64,000 nt of DNA from an uncultured Nitrososphaerota archaeon (GTDB taxonomy: Archaea > Thermoproteota > EX4484-205 > JAAOZP01). The stretch is from contig CAYQCW010000001.1 in assembly GCA_964416155.1 (NCBI GenBank), positions 215,211 to 279,210 of the forward strand, given 5' to 3'. Below the pieces are notes generated by a model that was not told the DNA's origin, did not search any database, and saw only the letters and a program-made list of their open reading frames with translations. Both the position numbers and the translations under genes were made by a program. This document shows, piece by piece, positions 9,815-17,947 of the stretch. The first letter of the stretch is position 1, and each line of letters opens with the position of its first letter.

Positions 9815-10384
9815 CTACTCTTCAGAGGCGATCTTAAGATCAGCCATGCAGTCTTCGCATAGAAGCCTTCCTTCAACGATGCTTAGGGAGTCGAACCACA
9901 TTCCGCACTCCTCGCAGAACCCTTCGTAAAACTCTTTTCTTATTATGCTTCTGGAACGCTGCGTGGCTGTTTTTTCAACCAGCTCGTATATTGCAGGTAT
10001 AGCGTAGACCAAGTCTCTCTCCGACACTATTCCCACAAGCTTCCCTCCCCTTTCGATGCCGAGCTTCTTGATTTTGCTTCTCCTCATCTTGTCGAGAGCC
10101 TCTACAATACTGCTGTCGCTGCTAATCTTCTTCAAGGGGTTAGACATGGCTTCCCTCACTTTCACAAGCCGAGGATCCTTGGATTTGGCGACAACCTTCT
10201 CTATAACATCCCTCTCAGTAATTATTCCGATATCTTTCCCCTCATCGTTCACAACGATTAGCGAGCTTATATCGTGGTGAACCATTTGGATAACAGCCGC
10301 GTGAACAGACTCATCAGGGCCTATCGATATAACCGGATAACTCATAACCTCGTCCACGGTTAACGCCTTCCTGCTCGGCTTCAA
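9815..10384 (-). CDS. CBS pair protein with C-terminal Zn ribbon
   Basis: GIITERD and GIVSERD; C-terminal CEECG...LCEDC. Confidence 0.9.
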   Translation of the reverse strand: MKPSRKALTVDEVMSYPVISIGPDESVHAAVIQMVHHDISSLIVVNDEGKDIGIITERDVIEKVVAKSKDPRLVKVREAMSNPLKKISSDSSIVEALDKMRRSKIKKLGIERGGKLVGIVSERDLVYAIPAIYELVEKTATQRSRSIIRKEFYEGFCEECGMWFDSLSIVEGRLLCEDCMADLKIASEE

Positions 10385-10482
10385 CCCCCTCCCCTTTTTG
10401 GCTAACTATTATCTCTCAGAGTATTTAAACTAATAGGGGTTAAATTTATCTAGAGGGACTGTGAGAAATAACCGTCTTAAAA

Positions 10483-10791
10483 ATGGGCGGGTCTAAGAAG
10501 CTTCGCTTAAGCCAGCTGGAGAAGAGGCAGAAGGAGGAGAGTAAGAAGGAGAAGGCTGAACGCTTAAAAAGCGAGAAGAAGGTTGGGGAAATCCTCAGCG
10601 ACGAGGATGATAAGATGCTTGAGAAGCTTAAAGGCGTCAAGGTTTTAACACCCTACGTTGTCTTCAGCCAAACCGGCTTGAAAATTGGGGAGGCCAAGAG
10701 GCTTCTGAAACGGTTGGAGGAAAGAGGCTTAGTGAAGAGGGTTACTGGCAACAGTAGCGTTCCCGTTTACACTTTTCCTCAAACCGCTTAA
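10483..10791 (+). CDS. rps25e: 30S ribosomal protein S25e
   Basis: MGGSKKLRLSQLEKRQ N-terminus; VLTPY...LKIGEAKRLLKRLEERGLV winged helix. Confidence 0.9.
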   Translation: MGGSKKLRLSQLEKRQKEESKKEKAERLKSEKKVGEILSDEDDKMLEKLKGVKVLTPYVVFSQTGLKIGEAKRLLKRLEERGLVKRVTGNSSVPVYTFPQTA

Positions 10792-11162
10792 ACACGTGAA
10801 ACAGAAACCACTTCCCCCTCCCTAAGGTTTTTCAAGGGCTCGAGCGGAGTCGACACTTTTCCGATAAGAGTGACGTTTAGAAACCTGCAGTCGGGCGAGT
10901 CAGACGTGAAGAAAACCAGTCCTTGAAAGCGGGGAGAATATCCTACATCCCCCTGGGAGGCTTCTGAAAGAGTTTTTTCAACCCCGATTTTCAAACCCAT
11001 GGTTAAGTACAAGTAAGCGTCTCCCTTCCCCACAACACCTATCTTCGGAAGGGAGCCTCCTAACGCTGAGAAAACTCTCGGTGAGAAGCCTCTTTTAACA
11101 CTAAATCTGCAGACGTCACTGTCACCCGAAACTATTTTTAACTCGAGCACGTCCATCGACAT
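10788..11162 (-). CDS. Cyclophilin-like fold (TM1367/DUF369-like) protein
   Basis: SPR....L...LP, G.EK, GDVGY.P, FF and IGKV patterns. Confidence 0.7.
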   Translation of the reverse strand: MSMDVLELKIVSGDSDVCRFSVKRGFSPRVFSALGGSLPKIGVVGKGDAYLYLTMGLKIGVEKTLSEASQGDVGYSPRFQGLVFFTSDSPDCRFLNVTLIGKVSTPLEPLKNLREGEVVSVSRV

Positions 11163-11207
11163 AAAAGTTTAACAGAAACCCTTTGCAACATACTAATAAG
11201 GCTTAGG

Positions 11208-11438
11208 GTGGTTGGATTGTTCATACTCATAGGGCCTCCGGACTCTGAGGAAAGGCTGAAACGCTTAGAGAAGGAGAAGGAAAGGCTTGAAAAAGAGTAT
11301 GAGGATCTTCAGAAAAAATTTGAACAGGGAAAGATAAGCAAGGAGGAGTATGAGAAGAAGAAGCACGATATTGAGAGGGAGTTCGTAGAGGTTATGGACA
11401 GGATAGTCCAGTATAAGGCTTTTTCAAGCGGCTTTTAG
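11208..11438 (+). CDS. Small coiled-coil protein with SHOCT-like motif
   Basis: LQKKFEQGKISKEEYEKKK motif. Confidence 0.7.
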   Translation: MVGLFILIGPPDSEERLKRLEKEKERLEKEYEDLQKKFEQGKISKEEYEKKKHDIEREFVEVMDRIVQYKAFSSGF

Positions 11439-11597
11439 GGTTTTCAGAGGTATTTCTAATGCGTGTCTGCTGGCGGGTTCTGAAGACCGTTTTAAGCAAG
11501 CTTTCGACTACTAATTGAAGAACACCACCTCAACGGCTTGTTTCAGCCGATTCCGGTTTAGAAAGGCTTAAAAATGGGTTTTCTCTGGTAGAGTGCG

Positions 11598-13226
11598 GTG
11601 AGTAAAATGAGTTCCTCGCAAGTAAAGGTTATTCCCTCGATAATTCTGAAAGAGGGAAGCAGGAGGAGCTTTGAAAAGGAGGCTCAGCTTTACAATCTTC
11701 TGGCATCAGAGGTGATTTTCGAAACCGTAAGGTCAGCCCTAGGCCCCCTAGGCTACAGGAAAATCCTTGTGGATACGTTCGGCGATACTACGATAACCGG
11801 CGACGGGGCGACGATAATGAGCGAGCTGGAGGTTGAGCATCCTGCTGCAAAGCTGATTGTGGATGCGGCTAAGTCTCAGAACAAGGAGGTTGGAGACGGG
11901 GTTACAAGCCTAGTGGTGTTGACCCATTTAATGTTCAAGGAAGCCGATTCCCTTATGAAGATGGGAATACATCCCTCGATAATAATCGACGCGTATACTG
12001 AGGGGGTTAGGAAGGCTCTGGACGCTTTGAAGAGCGAGCTCGCCATCAAGATCGACCCGAGAGACCCTGACGTCTTAAGGAAAACAGTATTATCGGCAAT
12101 ACCCTTATCACTAAACACGGCGGTAAGGGAGAGACTCGCCGACATATCTGTTGAAGCAGTTAAAAAGATAATTGAGAAAGGCGTTGAGAACACTAGAGTT
12201 TTCGACGAATTCTTAAAAACCGAGAAGAAGAGTGGCGGTTCGATTCTAGACACCCAACTGGTGGAGGGTGTTGCACTTGACAAGGAGATTGTACATCCCG
12301 ACATGCCTAAAAGGGTTGAGAACGCAAAGATAGCTCTCTTAGACATGCCGATTGAAGTTAAGAAGACTGAGACCGACGAGAGGCTGAAATTCAGCGACGC
12401 TAGAATGATCAGGGAATTCCTCAAGACGGAGCAGAAAATGATGAGCAACATTGTTAATAAGCTTTCAGAGTTGAAAGTTAACGTGGTTTTTGCCCAGAAG
12501 GGCATAGACGACTACGCCCAATATCTTTTGGCAAAGAAGGGAATAATGAGCCTGAGGAGAGTTAAGAAATCAGACATGGAGAAGCTCGCGCTCGCCACCG
12601 GGGCGAAAATCGTTAGTGTTCTGGAAGACTTGAGCGAGGATAAACTTGGGTTCGCAGGCATTGTGGAGGAGAGGAAAACAGGTGGAGAGAAATGGACGTT
12701 CGTCGAGCAGGTTCCGAACAAAGCGGTTCACACGATCCTTGTGAGAGGGGAGAACGACAAGATTGTCGACGAGGCGGAGAGAATAGTTAAAAACTGCATT
12801 GCTGTTCAGAGGGCGCTTGTCGAGGAACCCGACGTGCTGCCGGGTGGCGGAGCTGCTGAAGTCTTCCTCTCACGTAAACTTGCGGAGATGGCTAAGGGGG
12901 GAAAGGAGGGCATTGTGCTAGAATCATTAAGCAGAGTGTTCGACTCATACGTGAAGCAGATTGTAGCTAATTCAGGCGGGGATCCAGACGAGGTTTTAAC
13001 CGAGCTTAAGGCAAGGCACGCTAAGGGGGAGAAGAGAAACGGTTTTGACGCTTTCAGCGGAAGAATCACGGATGTTATTGAAAAAGGCATTTTCGACTCT
13101 TTCAGGGTTAAGAAAATGGCATGCTTGGCTGCCCTTGAAACGGCCACCATGCTTCTAAGGGTGGACGACGTAATAATGGCGGCGAAAATGAAGCCTCCAA
13201 AGGGGAAGGAAGGCGGGGCGGAATAA
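11598..13226 (+). CDS. Thermosome (group II chaperonin) subunit, divergent
   Basis: LGPLG, ITGDGATI, HPAAKL, VGDGVTS, HPDMPK, PGGGAAE and LLRVDD motifs. Confidence 0.93.
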   Translation: MSKMSSSQVKVIPSIILKEGSRRSFEKEAQLYNLLASEVIFETVRSALGPLGYRKILVDTFGDTTITGDGATIMSELEVEHPAAKLIVDAAKSQNKEVGDGVTSLVVLTHLMFKEADSLMKMGIHPSIIIDAYTEGVRKALDALKSELAIKIDPRDPDVLRKTVLSAIPLSLNTAVRERLADISVEAVKKIIEKGVENTRVFDEFLKTEKKSGGSILDTQLVEGVALDKEIVHPDMPKRVENAKIALLDMPIEVKKTETDERLKFSDARMIREFLKTEQKMMSNIVNKLSELKVNVVFAQKGIDDYAQYLLAKKGIMSLRRVKKSDMEKLALATGAKIVSVLEDLSEDKLGFAGIVEERKTGGEKWTFVEQVPNKAVHTILVRGENDKIVDEAERIVKNCIAVQRALVEEPDVLPGGGAAEVFLSRKLAEMAKGGKEGIVLESLSRVFDSYVKQIVANSGGDPDEVLTELKARHAKGEKRNGFDAFSGRITDVIEKGIFDSFRVKKMACLAALETATMLLRVDDVIMAAKMKPPKGKEGGAE

Positions 13227-13263
13227 TAGAAATGACATTCAACATGGAAGTTGAAGCTAAACG

Positions 13264-13545
13264 TTGAGCATCTCATCTTTGAAAAACAGTATTGAGAAGA
13301 GAATTGAGGTTTCCAAAAAGAGGTTGACGAAGTTTGAGAAGGCGAGGATAATAGGTTTAAGATCTCTTGAACTATCTCTGGGCGCTCCCCCGTTGATACT
13401 CGTCGAGCAGAGCAGTAGGCTTAGTGCCGCCGAAATAGCGACGCAAGAGGTTGAGAAAAAGATCCTCCCGCTGATAATCGGCAGAAGGATGCCTGACGGA
13501 AGCTATGTTTATGTCCCGTTAAGCGACTTAGAAATAGAGGATTAA
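13264..13545 (+). CDS. rpoK: RNA polymerase subunit K (Rpo6)
   Basis: LTKFEKARIIGLRSLELSLGAPPLI ... LPLIIGRRMPDG. Confidence 0.95.
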   Translation: MSISSLKNSIEKRIEVSKKRLTKFEKARIIGLRSLELSLGAPPLILVEQSSRLSAAEIATQEVEKKILPLIIGRRMPDGSYVYVPLSDLEIED

Positions 13546-13688
13546 AAACCGCCTATTAAGGCCAGTTAGGCACTTTTAAAGTCGGGACTCGAATGGAGCA
13601 TTATTAAGCCTTTATACTGGTGAGCAGAAAGATTTTTATTCTTGCTACTCAACCCTCCCTACGCAAGGAGGAGGTGTAAGAGTAAACC

Positions 13689-13985
13689 ATGTGCGCACAA
13701 ACCACTGGACCGTCTCCTAACGTGGTGCTCGTAGGCAAGAAGCCAGCATTAGTATACGCGGTTGCTGCATTAATGCAGTTAACGTCTGAGCAGAACGAGG
13801 TCACCCTGAAGGCAAGGGGAAGAGCAATATCGAAGGCTGTTGACGTCGTGGAGATACTTAAAAGAAGGTTCCTCGGGAACCAGATGGTTCTGAAAAACGT
13901 TCAGATAGGCACGGAGACATTCCAGACACCGGACAACAGGCAAAGGTTCATCTCGACAATAGAGATAACTGTTTCAAAGGCTTAA
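13689..13985 (+). CDS. albA: DNA/RNA-binding protein Alba
   Basis: VLVGKKP..Y and LKARGRAISKAVDVVEI; GGAGG RBS upstream. Confidence 0.97.
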   Translation: MCAQTTGPSPNVVLVGKKPALVYAVAALMQLTSEQNEVTLKARGRAISKAVDVVEILKRRFLGNQMVLKNVQIGTETFQTPDNRQRFISTIEITVSKA

Positions 13986-14049
13986 AGAAAGCAAACTAAC
14001 ACAACCATCATTATGTTTTTTAATGTCCCGATTGCTCAGTTCCTCAGCT

Positions 14050-14547
14050 TTAACGAAGTTTTTTAACCATCAGCAACCCGGCTGTTCCATCCAAATAGTA
14101 ATGAGGAATCTCGCGAACAACATGATAGCTAAGAGCCTTGTAAAGCCTAATCGCCTTCTCATTATTAACCCTTACCTCGAGGAAGCTCTCGTCGACAGAG
14201 TTGCGAATCATCTCATCCAACACTGAGGTCATGAGGGTTTTCCCTATCCCCTTTCCGTGAAACTGCTTTTTAACGGCCAGACTCACCACATGGCCCTTTC
14301 TCACTATATTGAAGCCTCCTTCCGAGGGAAAGCCTGTTTCAATTCTGCACATTACATACCCGACGACTTCCCCGGTGCTAGCAAGAATCGCCACGAGGAA
14401 ATAGTTTGGAAACCTTTCAAGCAGATCCATGAAGAAGGAAGGCGGATAGTTCTCAGGAAGCTCTAGCCTGTTTATCTCAATAACGCTCGGAAGATGCTCT
14501 GGCTCCGCATGCTTAATTACCACCTCGTCAGTCAAGGCGGCAACCAT
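14050..14547 (-). CDS. rimI: N-terminal acetyltransferase (RimI/Ard1 family)
   Basis: LPENYP, GYVMCRIE, GHVVSLAV, LEVRVNN and YYLDG motifs. Start moved to the ATG at 14547 to avoid overlap. Confidence 0.9.
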   Translation of the reverse strand: MVAALTDEVVIKHAEPEHLPSVIEINRLELPENYPPSFFMDLLERFPNYFLVAILASTGEVVGYVMCRIETGFPSEGGFNIVRKGHVVSLAVKKQFHGKGIGKTLMTSVLDEMIRNSVDESFLEVRVNNEKAIRLYKALSYHVVREIPHYYLDGTAGLLMVKKLR

Positions 14548-14593
14548 TTTCCCGTGTCTTCCGAGCACACCGGCCTCTTTAAAACTATTATGC

Positions 14594-15607
14594 TTACTCT
14601 TTAAACGTGTTTTCAGGGGTCTCGGAACATAAAACAGTGAAGGAGGCATGGGTGACAATGCCTGTTTTCGAGCCCTTGGCTAGAAACAGGCGGGAAGCCC
14701 TGTAGGCGTCGAGAAGAGTATCGTGAGCCCTACAGTCTAGAACGGTTCTGAGGAGAGACTCAGGAATCGCTGAAACCACGTGCACGGTTTTCCCGTTTAA
14801 CAGGTTTCTGCAGAAACCAATGTACTTCGCTATTAGAGGCGAATCCGGCGCAGCATTCTCAGCAACCATGTCTGGGGATAAGCCTAGGCCTTTCAGCCCT
14901 TCAATAGCAAGTATAATCCTGTCGCAATCCACACCCTGCAAGCAATTCGGGATTATTGTCATCGCTCTGCTTAAAGACTCGTCGAAAGGGGTTCCGCCGG
15001 CCGATGCTACGAGAATCTGGACGGAAGTTTGAGTCGAAACCAAGCTGGATTGAAGAATGCTTAACGCCTCGTAAGCCTCAACAGGGTTTCCTGAAATAAC
15101 CTTTGGATCACCGGCCAGTGGAATAAGCAGAATAACCTTCAGGTCAACATTATTGCGAAGCTCGCTTAAATAGGGTTTTAAATCGATTTTCCCGCCTGAC
15201 TCAGCTGCTTCGAGAAAACCCGATGCAAACTCCTTCCAAAGCTCAGGGTAAAACGGGAAAAGATTCTCGCCCAAACCCCTAAACCCGATTAGAGGATCCG
15301 GGTGGGGACAGCTCACAAGGCAGACTGACCGCATGGAATCCTCCATGGTTGAAACAGGGCTTAGCAAGTCGAAGCTTAACAGCTCCCTGAAGCTTCCTGC
15401 GATGCCCTCCTTTAAAACAGCTGGAAGCGTGGGATCCACGAGTAGAGCAGCCTCGCCCTTGACAGATTCTTTCAGAATGTTCTTCAAAGACGAAAGCAAC
15501 ATAGAGTAGTCGGAGACGAGTTCCCTGGATACGACCCAGGCTAAATCCTCATGGTCAATCCTGATGCTTATGCTTGTCGACCCGTATGGCAACCAGACCG
15601 CTGGCAA
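14594..15607 (-). CDS. Degenerate LarA (lactate racemase)-like protein
   Basis: VWLPYG N-terminus, SAGGTPFD..L..A motif and ILAIEG..G resemble LarA-family N- and C-domains; active-site motifs not recognisable. Confidence 0.55.
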   Translation of the reverse strand: MPAVWLPYGSTSISIRIDHEDLAWVVSRELVSDYSMLLSSLKNILKESVKGEAALLVDPTLPAVLKEGIAGSFRELLSFDLLSPVSTMEDSMRSVCLVSCPHPDPLIGFRGLGENLFPFYPELWKEFASGFLEAAESGGKIDLKPYLSELRNNVDLKVILLIPLAGDPKVISGNPVEAYEALSILQSSLVSTQTSVQILVASAGGTPFDESLSRAMTIIPNCLQGVDCDRIILAIEGLKGLGLSPDMVAENAAPDSPLIAKYIGFCRNLLNGKTVHVVSAIPESLLRTVLDCRAHDTLLDAYRASRLFLAKGSKTGIVTHASFTVLCSETPENTFKE

Positions 15608-15755
15608 CCCTGCTCACCCCCAGGCTTGGAGACGGGTAATGTGGTGCTTTTTAATAACTGTTTATGTTGAAAAAACAGGGTTAAGACACTTTGTCAAACA
15701 TTTTTAGCTTTTCTTGGAAAAAGTTAAATAGGATTAATTAGATAATAAAGGGCGT

Positions 15756-16190
15756 ATGTTTAGCTGGGAGTCGGACTTTGAAGAAGCGGTGAAGACAGTA
15801 AATATTTACCGTAAAAAACTTCAAACTTTGAAAACAATGAGGGAAACAGGGAAAATATCCGATAAAACAGCCGATTTCCTACAGAAAGAGTTTGAAAACT
15901 ATGTGAAGGCCATCGAGGCGAAGAAGCAGACAGTCATGGAGAAGCTTGCGAACAGGATGAAGGAGGTTCAGCAGCAGATAGACATTATAGAGAAGCTGAC
16001 AGCTAACAACGAGATCAGGTACTCAGCGCAGGAGATTGCGGACGAAAGATATAACAAAATAGCCATTGCGCTGAACTACGCTATGGAGGAGAGCAGGAAC
16101 GAGTATGAAAGCTTGAAGGAAGCCATGGCTATACTGGAGAAGCTGCCTGACCTTATGAGTCAAAGCGAAAGCGAACCCGTTGAAACCTAG
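15756..16190 (+). CDS. CdvA-like coiled-coil protein
   Basis: KKLQTL....ETGKIS..T, E.RY...EI..E.Y and all-helical heptads, typical of CdvA-like proteins. Confidence 0.75.
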   Translation: MFSWESDFEEAVKTVNIYRKKLQTLKTMRETGKISDKTADFLQKEFENYVKAIEAKKQTVMEKLANRMKEVQQQIDIIEKLTANNEIRYSAQEIADERYNKIAIALNYAMEESRNEYESLKEAMAILEKLPDLMSQSESEPVET

Positions 16191-16519
16191 GAAGCCACTC
16201 CGGATTCCTTAGATACTTTTTCAAGCCTTATGCCCTTGTCGAATACTAATTCATATATTTGGTTTATCTGAGGGCTTCCAAGAGCCCTGTACTCGCTCTC
16301 CGTGAGATAGACTATCAGCCGGGGGCTCCCATGCCTCGGCATGAGCCCAGCTTGCTGAAGACTGTTTAAAACACCCCTAACCATCTCCTGCGCGTACAGA
16401 ACATCCTCAGAAGACTTGTCGAAAACGCCTGAAGGGGCTATCGACGTGAAGTCCACCCTCACACCCGGCTCGCCCTCAACCTCAACGCTGCCTATGAAAG
16501 TTACTTTAACCCTAACCAT
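16187..16519 (-). CDS. Arcadin-1-like protein
   Basis: MVRVKV...EGEPGVRVDF ... PRLIVYLTESEYRALG....NQIYEL matches the arcadin-1 pattern as recalled; start set at ATG 16519. Confidence 0.7.
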   Translation of the reverse strand: MVRVKVTFIGSVEVEGEPGVRVDFTSIAPSGVFDKSSEDVLYAQEMVRGVLNSLQQAGLMPRHGSPRLIVYLTESEYRALGSPQINQIYELVFDKGIRLEKVSKESGVAS

Positions 16520-16627
16520 CGTCCAAACATCCCCAAACCGCCTAATAAAGTTATCCCGGCAGTATTGATTAAGCATTTCCCCCTCAGCAAACGTTTTTAA
16601 GCAGAATGGTGTAAGCTAGGCCTTTGA

Positions 16628-17947
16628 ATGTTAATGATTAGAGAAAAGGATTTTGAAGATAATGAGGAGGAGAGGACGAGGGCTGTTGACACGCTCCTTA
16701 AACTAAGCAAGCAGAAGCATGACCCGGATGCTTGGAGGATGCTGAAGGAAATACTCTACCCCCCCAGAAAGCTGGATGTCGACGTGATTATAGATGACAC
16801 TACTCTAAGAGAGGGTCTCCAGATGGCTGGCTTGACAACGCCGGCACCTGAGGACCTAGCCGAGATAGGTAGGCTGCTCTACGAGATCGGTGTTGAGAGA
16901 ATAGAGGCCATGACATACACTCCGACCGATAGGGATGCGATAAGGATGATGATTGACAATGGACTCGGAGGGATTCTTGCAGGATGGAGTAGGGCTGACA
17001 AGCACGATGTAGACGAGATTCTCAAGCTGGATTTGAAACAGATAGGGATAAGCTACCCCGTTTCATACTATCATTTCGCTAAATGGCCCGGCGAGCATAT
17101 CTACAATCTCGTGAGCAAAGTGGTTGAGACCGTAGAGTACGCTGTAGACCATGGTTTAAAGGTTTTCGTGCATGGAGAGGATAGCACGAGGGCAGACTGG
17201 GGTTTTGAGAGAAAGTTTGTGAACGCTGTTGCAGAGGCGGGTGCAGAGGTTTACAGAATATGCGACACAGTGGGAGTCGGGTGCTCCCTTCCAGACCATC
17301 CTCTTCCAAACGGGATACCTGCGAAGATTAAACATTTGAAAAAAGAAACTAGAATTAAGAGTCTAGAGATACATGCTCACGACGACTTGGGGAACGCTGT
17401 GGAGAACACGATGGCTGCTATAAGGACAGCCTCAGGGCTGTATGAAAAGTTTTACGTTAGCACGACATTCCTAGGCATAGGGGAGAGGTCTGGCAATGCT
17501 GAGACTGAAAAAATAATACTCAACCTGTATATTCACCATGGTCTTGAAAAGTGGAACCTATCCTTTTTGAGAGAAACGGCGAACTTCATAGCTACAGCAC
17601 TGAACTACCATCTTCCAACAAACAAAGCTATAGTTGGAGACTCAGCGTTCGCCCACGAGTCAGGCATCCACCTGCAGGGAATAAGGATCGCACCAGCGAT
17701 ATACGAGGTATTCCCACCGGAGCTAGTGGGGCAGACGAGGAAGATCATAATTGGGAGGAGAACCGGGAAGCATGGAATAGTTTTAAAGCTCAGGGAACTC
17801 GTAAACCAAGATGTTGACGAGGACGACCCGAGGCTTAAGAAGCTGGTGGAGCTCGTAAGAAACAGCCTTCTCCAGGTTGACAGAAAATACTATTTAACCG
17901 AGGAGGAATTCAAAAAGCTCGCGAGTGAAGCAGGCTTCAACGTTTAG
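16628..17947 (+). CDS. DRE-TIM Claisen-condensation enzyme, probably Re-citrate synthase-like
   Basis: DTTLREGLQ, EDSTRAD, ICDTVGVG..LP..PLP, HAHDD and GIGERSGN motifs; no IPMS regulatory domain. Confidence 0.75.
   Translation: MLMIREKDFEDNEEERTRAVDTLLKLSKQKHDPDAWRMLKEILYPPRKLDVDVIIDDTTLREGLQMAGLTTPAPEDLAEIGRLLYEIGVERIEAMTYTPTDRDAIRMMIDNGLGGILAGWSRADKHDVDEILKLDLKQIGISYPVSYYHFAKWPGEHIYNLVSKVVETVEYAVDHGLKVFVHGEDSTRADWGFERKFVNAVAEAGAEVYRICDTVGVGCSLPDHPLPNGIPAKIKHLKKETRIKSLEIHAHDDLGNAVENTMAAIRTASGLYEKFYVSTTFLGIGERSGNAETEKIILNLYIHHGLEKWNLSFLRETANFIATALNYHLPTNKAIVGDSAFAHESGIHLQGIRIAPAIYEVFPPELVGQTRKIIIGRRTGKHGIVLKLRELVNQDVDEDDPRLKKLVELVRNSLLQVDRKYYLTEEEFKKLASEAGFNV

Noticed and set aside
11876-13276. 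Long antisense ORFs opposite the thermosome (and similar ones at 38977-39531, 43347-43913 and 47714-48205)
   Set aside because: Ser/Leu/Phe-rich shadow frames of strongly supported genes.
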